Shown here in pieces: positions 39,201 to 51,200 of a DNA stretch of 64,000 nucleotides (its first letter is position 1; the number at the start of each line of letters is the position of its first letter). This DNA comes from an uncultured Chitinophaga sp. (lineage in GTDB: Bacteria; Bacteroidota; Bacteroidia; Chitinophagales; LD1), in contig CAYREY010000005.1 in assembly GCA_964423405.1 (NCBI GenBank), forward strand, positions 64,494 to 128,493, written 5' to 3'. The notes beneath the pieces were generated by a model. That model made no database searches. It was not told the origin of the DNA and was given only the letters and a program-made list of their open reading frames with translations. The position numbers and the translations under genes were made by a program.

Positions 39201-42200
39201 TGTATAGGTTACCGAGTCGCCGTTTACCGTGGCGCTACCGTTAGCAGCACTTATAATAGTTACTGTGCTGGTATTACCTTCAGCATCAGTATCATTGGTA
39301 AGTACAGTAAATGTTACTGGTATTTCCTCGCAGGTTTCAGCCTGGTCGTTAACAGCTACCGGTGGTATGTTTACGTGGCTGCAGATAGTATCGCTGCTTA
39401 CACAACCGTTAGGTGTGTTTATGGCAGTAGCTATCAGGCAGTAGTCGCCGGTAGTGGTATGTGTATAGCTGAATGGTGAAGTACCCGAACCTACGTTACC
39501 ACCACCCTGTACGCTCCATATAATGTTAAACACATCGAAGCTGAAGTTTGGTGTAAACGTTACCGCAGTACCAAAGCATGAAGTATCGGCCGAAGCAGTT
39601 ACAGCAATGGTTGGAGCGCCCTTCACATTAATTACAAAAGTGTAGGTGTTATCGCAACCGGTGTTAGGGTCGGTGTACGTGTAAGTAATAGTGTTGTTGC
39701 CCAGCGGAGCAGCAGCCGGGTTAAATACGGAGCCATCCTGACCAGACAGGCCGGTGCTGCCGGTAAATATACCACCTGCAGGCGAGCCAACCAGTGTTAC
39801 AGCCGAATCGAACTGGCAGTAAGCCGGAGCAAAGCCGCTGGCGGTAACAGCAGGAAGCGGTGTTACTACTGTGCAGGCAAAGGTATCTTTGCTGCAACCG
39901 GTAGCAGGGTCGGTATAGATGTACTGAATACACCAGGTACCCTCGCCAACTACAGCCGGCTGGAACACGTTACCTGTTACCCCTGTGCCGAAGAACGAAC
40001 CACCAGCCGGTGAACCGGTAAGCAGTATGTTACCTGCATCTATACAAATAGAATCTGTAAGACCGGTGAAGCTAACCGATGGAGGATTGTTAACTACCAC
40101 GGTTGTGCTATCGGCAGCCTGGCAACCATTGTTATCGGTTACTACCAGGGTGTACACAGTAGTTACCAGCGGACAAGCCGTACTGTTTAACGATGTAGGT
40201 GTGTTAGCACCACCAAACCACTGATAAGTGTATGGAGGTTCGCCACCCGATACAGGGCCACCCAGTGTTACACAGGTATTAGCGTTAGCGCACAGGTTAC
40301 CAAAGTTAGAACCTGCATCTACAAACAGTGTATTAGGCAGTACAGTTACCTGTACATCATCGCTGGCTTTGCAACCAAAGCTATCGGTTACGGTTACAGT
40401 AAATACTGTAGTGAAACCTAATTGCTTAACGGTTGGGTTAGCAGCGTTGGTATCGCTTAGCGCTGGTGTTACCGGCGGATACCATGAGTATGAGTAAGGG
40501 CCAACAGTACCCGATGCAGTAGGCGAGCCACCCAGTATGGCGCTATCAAGCGCACAAGCTGTTATGGCAGCATCGGCACCGGCATTAGCTACAGGCAGGG
40601 CACGCAGCGATATGTTTACAACATCCGATGCGGTACAACCCAGCGAGTCGGTTACTGTAAGTGTATAGCTGCTGCTGCTTACCGGTGTAGCAGTAGGGTT
40701 AGCAATGTTGCTTGGGAAAGCACCCAGGCTCCATGCATAGCTGTATGGTGTAGTACCACCTACTACAGCAGGAGTACCACCCAGCACTATCGAAGTACCG
40801 GTACAGATAGCTGTATCAATACCTGCGTTAACTGCTATCAGCGGGCTTACTACCACAGTCATACTATCCATCATGTTACAACCAAGCTGGTCGGTTACAG
40901 TCAGGTAGTACGTTGTAGTGTTAAGCGGGTTAGCGCATGGGTTAGCAATAGTAGCATCACTTAAGTTGGTTATAGGAGCCCACTGGTACAGGTAAGGCGG
41001 CTGGCCACCAACTGCAGTTGGGTTACCTCCTATTGTTACACAACCATTGCTGTTAGCACAGAACACTTTATTGGTTCCGGCATCGGCAGTAAGGTTGGTT
41101 TGGTTTACAGTTACCACTACTTCATCTACTGCAAAGCAGCCGGTAGCGTTATCGGTTACCGTTACGCTGAAAGTAGTAGTTACAGTAAGGCCTGTAACAA
41201 TCGGGTTAGGTATAGTAGCGCCGTTCAGGTTAGCCGAAGGCGACCAGGCGTATGAGTAGTTACCCGAACCACAACCACCGGTAGGCGAGCCACCCAGTTG
41301 GGTAAACGAGCCAGGGCAGTTAGTCATAGTTTTGTCGGTACCTGCATTGGCACATACTGCCGGGTTAACCGAAACAGTCTGGCTGGCAGATGCTGTACAA
41401 CCTACGGCATCGGTAATAGTTACAGTGTAAGTAGTAACAGTAGCCGGTGTAGCAATTGGGTTAGCCGATACTGTGCTGCTTAAGCCTACACCCGGGTTCC
41501 AGGTGTAAGTAAAGTTACCCGAACCACCACTGGCAGTAGGTGCACCACCCAACAGGGCAGAGCCACCGGCACAGATTGCAGTATCTGGCAGTACCGAAGC
41601 GGTAACAGCAGGGTTAGCAAACAGTACCATCGAATCTACAGCTATACAGCCGTAAGCATCGGTTACCAGTAATACGTAGGTAGTAGTATCGGTAGGGTTT
41701 ACCTGCGGGTTAGCAATGCTGTTGCTGTTGCATATACCAGCTACAGGCGACCAATCGATAATGTAAGGAGCAGTGCCACCGCTTACAGCGTTGGTACCAC
41801 CTATGGTTACACAGGTTGTAGTACCGGCACAGATGCTCTTATCCAAACCAGCATCGGCAGTAAGGGTAGATTGTGTTACGGTAACCAGTACCTGATCGAT
41901 TGCAGTACAGCCGTTAACATCGGTAACGGTTAAGCTGTATGTAAGCGATTGTGCCAGGTTACAAGCGGTAGGGTTAGATAAACCGGTATTGCTAAGGCCA
42001 GATGCAGGGGCCCATGCGTACAGGTATCCACCACCGCCACCGGTTGCAGTAGGCGTACCGCCCAGTGTTACACAAGCTGTAGGACAAGCCACTACCGATT
42101 GATCGGTACCGGCATTAGCCGCAGGGTTTTGATTTACGCGTATAGCTACGCTGGCCGAGTTGCTGCAACCAAGTGCATCGGTTACGCTTAGTACGTATGT

Positions 42201-45200
42201 TTCTGTAGCAAGCGGTTGGGCCAGCGGGTTAGCTGTGGTAGTTGAGTTTAAGCCTGTACCAGGGGTCCAGGTATAGGTGTAGTTACCGGTACCGCCGCTG
42301 GCGCTAGGTGTACCACCCAGTTGTATAATGCTTCCTGCACAGATAGTATCTGGTGCACCGGCATTTACCACAGGGCGTGGATTAATTGTTATGCGCACGG
42401 TATCTTCGGCTATACAGCCGGTACCGTCCACTATAGCTACCGAGTAAGTAGTAGTAGTAAGCGGTGTGGCAAGCGGGTTAGCAACACTTGTGCTGCTCAG
42501 GCCGGTTGCAGGGCTCCAGGTGTACGTGTAAGGTGCAGTACCACCTACCGCAGTAGGCTGGCCACCCAACAGTATAGATACCGAAGCGCCTTCACAGAAT
42601 GCTACATTGTTACCAGCCTCGGCACTAAAGGTGCTGTTGGTTACGTTTACAGTTACCTGATCGCTGGCAGAGCAGCCGTTGGCATTGGTAACTACCAATG
42701 TATAAGTAGCCGTTGAACCAAGGTTACGTACATATGGGTTAGCCACTGTATCGCTGCTCAGTGCACCCGATGGGTTCCACTGGTAAGTGAACGGACCGGT
42801 ACCGGTAGCCGAAGGTGAACCTCCCAGCATTACGCTATCGCCCGAACAAGCCACCAGGTTTCTGTCAGGGCCGGCGTTAACTACAGGCAGGGCATTAATG
42901 GTTACCAGTACAGCATCCGATGCAGTACAACCGTTTACATCGGTTACACGCACGGTATAAAGTGTGGTAGCTGCCGGTGTAGCGGTTGGGTTAGAGGCCG
43001 ATGGGCTACTGATATCGTTGCCAGGTGCCCATGTGTAGGTGTATGGTTGTGTACCACCTGTTGCAGTAGGTGTAGCACCCAGTATTACACTGGCACCAGC
43101 ACATACAGCGGTATCTCTGCCAGCATCAACCGTTACAGCAGGGCGTACCGTTACAGTTACCGAATCAACCGCTATACAGCCTTTGCTATCGGTAACGCTT
43201 ACATAGTAAGTAGTAGTAGTATCAGGAGAAGCAATCGGGTTAGCCGGGTTGCTCTGATCCAGATTAGTAACCGGCGACCAGGTATAGCTGTAACCAGGTG
43301 TACCACCTATTGCAGTAGGCGAAGCACCTAATGTTACCGTGCCATTGCTACCTGCACAGTAGCTGCCACCCACACCGGCTTCAGCCGATAGGGTACCCGA
43401 AGTTACAGTAACCAGTACTGCATCTTCAGCCGAGCAACCGTTGGCATCGGTTACCACTAATGTGTATAGTTGCGATACTATCAGGCCTTTCACCACCGGA
43501 TTGCTGATGCTATCAGCCGACAGGCCGGTAGCAGGGCTCCATTGGTAATCGTAACCACCAGCGCCACCTGTTGCAGCAGGCGAGCCACCTATTGTTACGC
43601 TATCGGCCGAGCAGTTGCTCAGGCTTACATCCTGGCCGGCATCGGCTACAGGGTTAGAGCGGATAGTTACAGTTATATTATCTGTACCGGTACATCCGTT
43701 AGCATCAGTTACCAGTACCGTGTAAGTAGTTGTAACCAGCGGACAAGCCTGCGGGTTAGCTGTGTTGTTTGCAAACAGGCCTTGTGTTGGTGTCCATGCA
43801 TACTGAAGAGCACCGGTACCACCGCTGCCGGTGTTGGCACTACCCAGGTTTACACAGAAACCAGAGCAAAGTGTTGTATCAACACCTGCATTAGCTACAG
43901 GCGAAGGTGTAACAGTTACCACCACAGTATCTACCGAGCGGCAGCCTTTGCTGTCGGTTACGGTTACATAGTAAGTAGTAGTAGATGTAGGAGAAACTGT
44001 TGGGTTAGCCAGGTTGCTTACAAAGAAAGCACCGGTACCCCAGTTATATGTATATGGCGAAGTACCACCCACCGCAGTAGGCGAGCCACCCAGTGTTACC
44101 TGGGTACCTGCGCCGGCACATATGCGCTGATCGCTGCCGGCATTAGCCTGTAGTGTGCTTGGCAATACATTCACTACTACAAAATCAACACCACGGCAAC
44201 CAAAAGTATCGGTTACTATCAATTGGTATGAAGTAGTAGCTGCAATACCGGTTACCAGCGGATTAGCAATGGTGCTATCGCTCAGGCCGGCGCCATAGGT
44301 CCAGTCGTAAGTGTAAGGGGCAGTGCCACCACCGGTTACAACCGGCAGGCCACCAATAAATACAGTATCGCCTACGCAACCTACCAGGTTCTTATCCGGG
44401 CCGGCATCTACTACCGGGGTAGTACGTGGTGTTACAGTAACTTCATCCAGGTTAGAGCAGCCTTTATTGTCAACTACTATTAACTGGTAAGTAGTAACAT
44501 TGGTAGGTGCAGCCGAAGGATTAGGTACATTAGGTAACGACAGGCCTATAGTAGGTATCCAGTTGTAAACGTAAGGGGTGGTACCACCGGTAGCCGATGG
44601 GTTACCTCCTATCTGTATTGCATTACCCGAACATACTGATGTATCGGGGCCGGCGTTAGCTGTAGGTGCAGGGTTTACAGTTACAGTCTCCGAGTCGGTA
44701 GCTGTACAACCTTTGCTATCGGTTATAGTTACAGTAAAGGTAGTAGTTGCTGTAGGACAAGCCAGCGGATTGCTTGCTGTTGCGCTCGAAAGCACACCGG
44801 CATTGCTCCATGCGTATGTGAACGGAGCCGTACCGCCTACCGCAGTAGGAATACCACCTAACTGAACACAGTTATTGTTGCTACAAACAGCTTCATCGTT
44901 ACCGGCATTAGCCTGCAGGTTGCTGTTCACCACGTTCACAGTTACCTGATCGGTGCTGGTGCAACCGGTAGCATCTGTTACCAGTAAGGTGTACACTGTA
45001 GTGGTAGTAATACCTTTTACAACTGGGTTAGCGGCAGTACTGTCGCTTAATCCGGCAGAAGGCAACCAACGGTAGGTGTATGGCGCAGTGCCATTTATTG
45101 CAGCAGGTGCATCGCCTATTATCACGCTGTCGCCGGCACACAGTACAAGTGTTTTATCGGCACCGGCCTGTGCTATCGGGTTAGGTCGTACGTTTACTAC

Positions 45201-48200
45201 TACGTTATCGGTAGCCGAACATCCGTTAGGGTCAATTACCAATACTGAGTAAGTAGTAAGTATAGATGGAGTAGCCGTAGGGTTAGCTGCATTTACATCG
45301 CTAACGCCACCGGTAGGCGACCACAGGTAAGTGTAGCCACTACCAAAGCCACCGGCTGCTGTAGGTGTACCACCCAACTGTGCAGGCGAACCGGCACATA
45401 TACTGGTATCTACACCCGCATTAGCCGTTAGTGTAGGATATACTCTTACAATAGCCGAATCGGTAGATGTACAACCCAGTGCATCGGTTACTGTTAAGTA
45501 GTAAGTAGTAGTTGTAGCAGGGAAAGCCTCTGGGTTAGCAGGGTTGGTTAAGTTCAAACCTACAAGTGGAGACCATGTATAGGTGTAAGCCGGTGTACCA
45601 CCAACCGCAGTTGGGAAACCACCCAGGGTTACACTATCGCCGCTGCCCAAACATAATGCACCGCCCGAACCTGCCTCGGCAGTAAGCGAACTTGGCAGTA
45701 CGTTTACGGTAACAGCATCCGTAGCCGAGCAACCTTGTGCATCGGTAACAACCAATGTGTAAGTAGTATTGGCTGCTACGTTGCAAGCTACAGGGTTAGC
45801 CAGCGTGCTATCGTTTAATGATGTACGTGGAGACCATGCGTAAGTTAACGCACCCGAACCACCGGCACCACTTGGCGAACCACCCAGTGTTACACAGCTA
45901 CCCGAGCAGGCTGTTACGCTCTTATCGGTACCTGCATCGGCAGTTACGTTAGGACGAACCGTTACAGTTGCAAAAGTAGTAGTACCGGTGCAACCGTTTA
46001 ATGAACTGTTGATGGTATAAGTAACGGTAAGGTTAGTGTTACCATTATTAATAGGGCTATCGTTAATGGTAAAGGTATTGCCACTGTTACCATTGCTGCC
46101 GGTCCACAGTACAGCGGTGCCCGGTATGTTAGATGACAGGGTAATAGAAACCGGAGTACCGCTACATACTGTTTGCGAAGCAGGAGCCGGAGTTACAACC
46201 GGACGAGGCTTAACTGTAACCGGTACGGTAACAGTAGTACCAGCGCAACCATTCACCAGCGAGTTGATGGTGTAGGTTACCGTACTGTCGGATGGGCCAA
46301 CGTTTACAGGGTTATCGGTAATCAGGTTACCGGTACCGCTGCTGCCATTGCTGCCGCTCCAGGTATATGTAGTATTAGGTATTGTAGATGACAGGTTAAT
46401 AACCACCTGGTCGCCCGAACAGAAGATAGTGTTGTTAACCACATAGTTTACAGTTGGGCGTGGTTTAACAGTTACCGGTATGGTAAGCGGAGCGCTGCCG
46501 CAACCGCTGCCGGTAGAACCTATTACGGTGTAGGTAACTACTATATCAGATGTACCGGTATTGGTAAGTGTTGTATTGATATTACCTGTACCGCTGGTGC
46601 CGTTGGTAGCAGTCCAGCTTATTACAGTACCATTTACGTTAGATGTAAAGGTCAGGCTCAGGTTATCGCCACTGCACAGCGATGCTGATGGGGCCGATGG
46701 TGTAATTACCGGTATAGGTGCAACGGTAATGATAGCCGTAGCAGTATCGCACAGGCTAGGCGAACCGTTATCGCATACGCGGTAAACAAATGTATCGGCA
46801 CCTGCAAAGTTGTTGTTAGGGTCGTAGCTGTAAATACCCAGCGACGAGTTAACCAGCGCACCGTTGGTTACGTTGCGTATAATGCTTACCGAAGTAAGGG
46901 CATCACCGTTCGGATCGTAATCGTTACGCAGTACGTTCAGTACGGTGGTAGCGTCGGCGCATATATTGGCAAAATCATCAACAGCTACCGGTGCATCGTT
47001 AGGCACACCACCCGGATCGCGGGTAATAGATATAATGATTAATGCATCATCGCAAAGCGGACGAGGCTGGGTGCTACCCACAGGGTCGCATATTACATAA
47101 CGAATGGTATCGTAACCAAAGTAACCGGTATTAGGCGTATAGTTAACCGTACCGTTAGGGTTAACGGTTACTACACCATGTGCAGGTAGGCCTGTTACAG
47201 TTACCTGTAGCGGGTCACCATCCGGGTCGTAGTCGTTAGCCAGTTGGTTAATAACAACCGGATTGTTCATCGGCGTAGTAGCGTAATCGTTATTAGCTAC
47301 CGGTGCATGGTTGTTAACAGTATCGCTTTGTGGCAATACGGTTACAACTATAGCAGCGCTATCGCACAATACGTTAACCGGGTATGGGCTTAAGTCGCAT
47401 ACACCGTAAGGTATAACGGCAGTGCCGGTAAAGCCACTATCCGGTACAAATACAATGGCACCATTGCCGGTTATGTAGTACGTACCGCTGCCGGTTACCA
47501 CACCACCATAGCTGTATGAAAGCGGATCGCCCTCTACATCGCCGGTAGCTGATGCTACGTTCACTCCTACCGGAATATTTTCGTAGGTAGTTACATAAAT
47601 AGTATCGGCATATGGTGGATCGTTAACAGGGTCTATTGTTATATGTATGTACGAGGTGTCGCACTTAACAGGCACACCGTTATCGCACACTACTATACAC
47701 AGGCTGTCTTCGCCGTTTATGTTAGTAAAGCCAACATAATCAAAGCACAGTATGCGGGTAGTGTTATTAATGGTGATATTGCTCACCGTACCGTTAACCG
47801 GGCTGCACAGTAGCGATGGTACGTGTACATCGGTAATATCTTCATCGGTAAACGGAATACATACAGTTATCGGACAGTCTTCGCAGGTAGTTACAGGTGT
47901 ATCTATAATAACCGGCGGATCGTTGAACGGACTGATAGTAATGTAAGCTGTAGCGGTATCGCACAGGCTTGGCGGCGGAGTGCCGGCATCGCAAACACGG
48001 TACTGGAACGAATCGATACCGAAATAATTGGTATCCGGGTCGTAAGTAAATGAACCGTTAGGGTTCAGTGTAATAGTACCATGCGATGGGCCGTTAAGCG
48101 GTGTGGTAGTTACAGTAAGCGATGTAACCGGATTGTTATCGGCATTATCGTTATCGTTGGCGCGCACACCAGTACCTACAGGTATTACTATGGTGCTATC

Positions 48201-51200
48201 CTCGGTAGTGCTATAGTTATCGTTAACTGCTACCGGCGGATCGTTAACCGGTGTTACGATAATACGGATAATGGTGTTATCGCACAGGCTAGGTATGCCG
48301 TTATCACATACAGTTAAACAGATAGAATCGTTACCGTTAAAGTTTGTGTTAGGACGGTAAGTGATACATACGGTATGTGTGTTGTTATCTACTATCGGAC
48401 CTGAGGTAATTACACCGTTATCCGGCGCATCGCAGAACGAAGCTACGTGCTGGTTGGCTACATCCAGGTCGGTAATAGGAATACATACTACTATCGGTGT
48501 ATCCTCTGGTGTGGTTACGGTAGTATCCGGTACAAACGGAGGATCGTTAACCGGTGTAATAGTGATGTAAGCAGTTGCAGTATCGCATAGTGGCGCAGGC
48601 AGGCCGGTACCACTATCGCACACACGGTACTGGAACGAATCGGTACCGCTGTAGTTAGCATTAGGAACGTAAGTGAACGAACCATCTGCATTCAGGGTAA
48701 GCGTACCATTAACCGGTGCAACTACCGGAGAACCATTTACGGTAAGCGTGGTAGCACCACGGTTATCGCCAGGGTCGCTGTCGTTATTACGTACACCGGT
48801 AGTAGCGTTGGTGTTAATAGTCACATCTTCGCTGGTGGTGTAGTTATCGTTAACAGCTATTGGCGGGTCGTTAACCGGATCTACCGTTATACGTATGCGG
48901 GTAGTATCGCACAGGTTAGGTGAACCGTTATCGCAAACTACTACGCAGATAGAATCGTTGCCATTAAAGTTCAGGCTTGGTGTGTAGCTTACGCAAAGCA
49001 CATCAAACGCAGGGCCGTTAAGGGTGTAGCTGGCTATACCGCTGTTAGGTCCGCAGAAGGTAGCTGCTACATAGTGGGTCTGGCCAGGGTCGTTATCGCT
49101 AACCGGAACACATACGGTAGTAGTACCGCAGTCTTCGCAGGTGTTAATGATAGTATCCGGTACAAAAGGAGGATCGTTTACAGGAACTATGGTAATGTAT
49201 GCCGTAGCTGTATCGCACAGTGGCGAAGGCAGGCCTACACCAGTATCGCATACACGGTACTGGAACGAATCGGTACCGGTAAAGTTGGTATTAGGCACAT
49301 AAGTAAACGAACCGTTTGCATTCAGGGTAAGTGTACCGTTGCTTACGTTAACTATAGGTGAAGTAGTTACAGTAAGTGAGGTAGCACCTAAACCATCGGC
49401 AGGGTCGCTATCGTTGTTACGTACACCGGTACCACTGTTTGTAGTCAGTGTTACATCTTCGTTGGTGGTGTAGTTATCGTTAACAGCAACCGGTGGGTCG
49501 TTAACCGGTGTAATGGTTATGCGGGTTACTGTAGTATCGCATTTAGCCGGCACACCGTTATCGCATACTATCAGGCAGATAGAATCGGCACCGTAGTAGT
49601 TGGTGTTTGGCGTGTAGGTGTAGCAGATAGTACGAGGCAACAGTGGGTTATTGATGGTTGGACCACTTACAATGGTACCATTAACCGGCAGGCCACAAAT
49701 ATTTACGTTGTAGCTCTGCGTACTAACCTCTACATCGGTAATTGGCAAGCATACAGTAAAGGTGCTGTCCTCTGGTGTAGTTACGGTTGTATCCGGTACA
49801 AACGGAGGGTCGTTAACAGGAGTTACAGTTATATAGGCCGTAGCTGTATCGCACAGTGGCGAAGGCAGGCCTACACCGCTATCGCATACGCGGTACTGGA
49901 ACGAATCGGTACCACTAAAGTTAGCGTTTGGCGTATATGTAAATGAACCATCTGCATTAAGGGTAAGTGTACCGTTGCTTACGTTAACCACTGGTGTGGT
50001 AGTTACGGTAAGTGAGGTGGCTCCCAGGCCATCAGCAGGGTCGCTATCGTTGTTACGAACGCCGGTACCGCTATTGGTGGTTATTGGCGTGTCTTCGTTT
50101 GTATTGTAGTTATCGTTATTAGCTACCGGTGGATCGTTAACCGGTGTAATGGTTATACGCGTTACGGTTGTATCGCATTTAACCGGCACACCGTTATCAC
50201 ATACTATCAAGCAGATAGAATCTGTACCATAGTAGTTGGTGGTAGGTGTATATGTATAGCACAGGGTGCGTGGCAGCAATGGATTGTTGATGCTTGGGCC
50301 GCTTACTATTACACCATGCTGTGGAGCACCGCAAATGTTTACACTGTGTATTTGTGTGTTAACCTCTACATCAGTTATTGGCAAGCACACAGTAAAGGTG
50401 CTGTCTTCTGGTGTAGTGGTGGTGGTATCTGGTACAAATGGTGGATCGTTAACCGGCACTACGGTAATGTAGGCAGTAGCAGTATCACACAATGGCGAAG
50501 GCAGGCCTGTGCCGCTATCGCACACGCGGTACTGGAACGAATCGGTACCACTAAAGTTAGCGTTTGGAACATACGTAAACGAACCATCTGCATTCAGGGT
50601 AAGTGTACCGTTGGTTACGTCTACTACCGGTGTGGTAGTTACGGTAAGTGAGGTAGCACCTAAGCCATCGGCAGGGTCGCTATCGTTATTACGTACACCG
50701 GTACCAGAAGAAGTAACGATGTTCTGGTCTTCGTTGGTAGTGTAGCTGTCGTTGATAGCTACCGGTGGATCGTTAACCGGTGTTACGGTTATACGGGTAA
50801 CGGTAGTATCGCATTTAGCCGGTGTACCGTTATCGCAAACAATCAGGCAGATAGAATCTGAACCATTGAAATTGGTATTAGGTCTGTAAGTAAGACAAAC
50901 CGTACGTGGTACAAGCGGGTTATTTACAGTAGGGCCGCTGATAATAGTACCATTAACCGGGTTACCACAAATGTTTACGTTGTGGCTTTGGGTATTCACC
51001 TCTATGTCGGTAACAGGTAAGCATACAGTTATGGTGCTATCCTCTGGTGTAGTTACGGTAGTATCCGGTACAAATGGTGGATCGTTAACCGGTATTACGT
51101 TAATTACCACAGTTGCGTTAGCGCACTTAATTGGTGAGCCGTTATCGCATATCTGGTAGCAGAAAGTATCCAGACCGTTGTAGTTGGCATTTGGTATATA

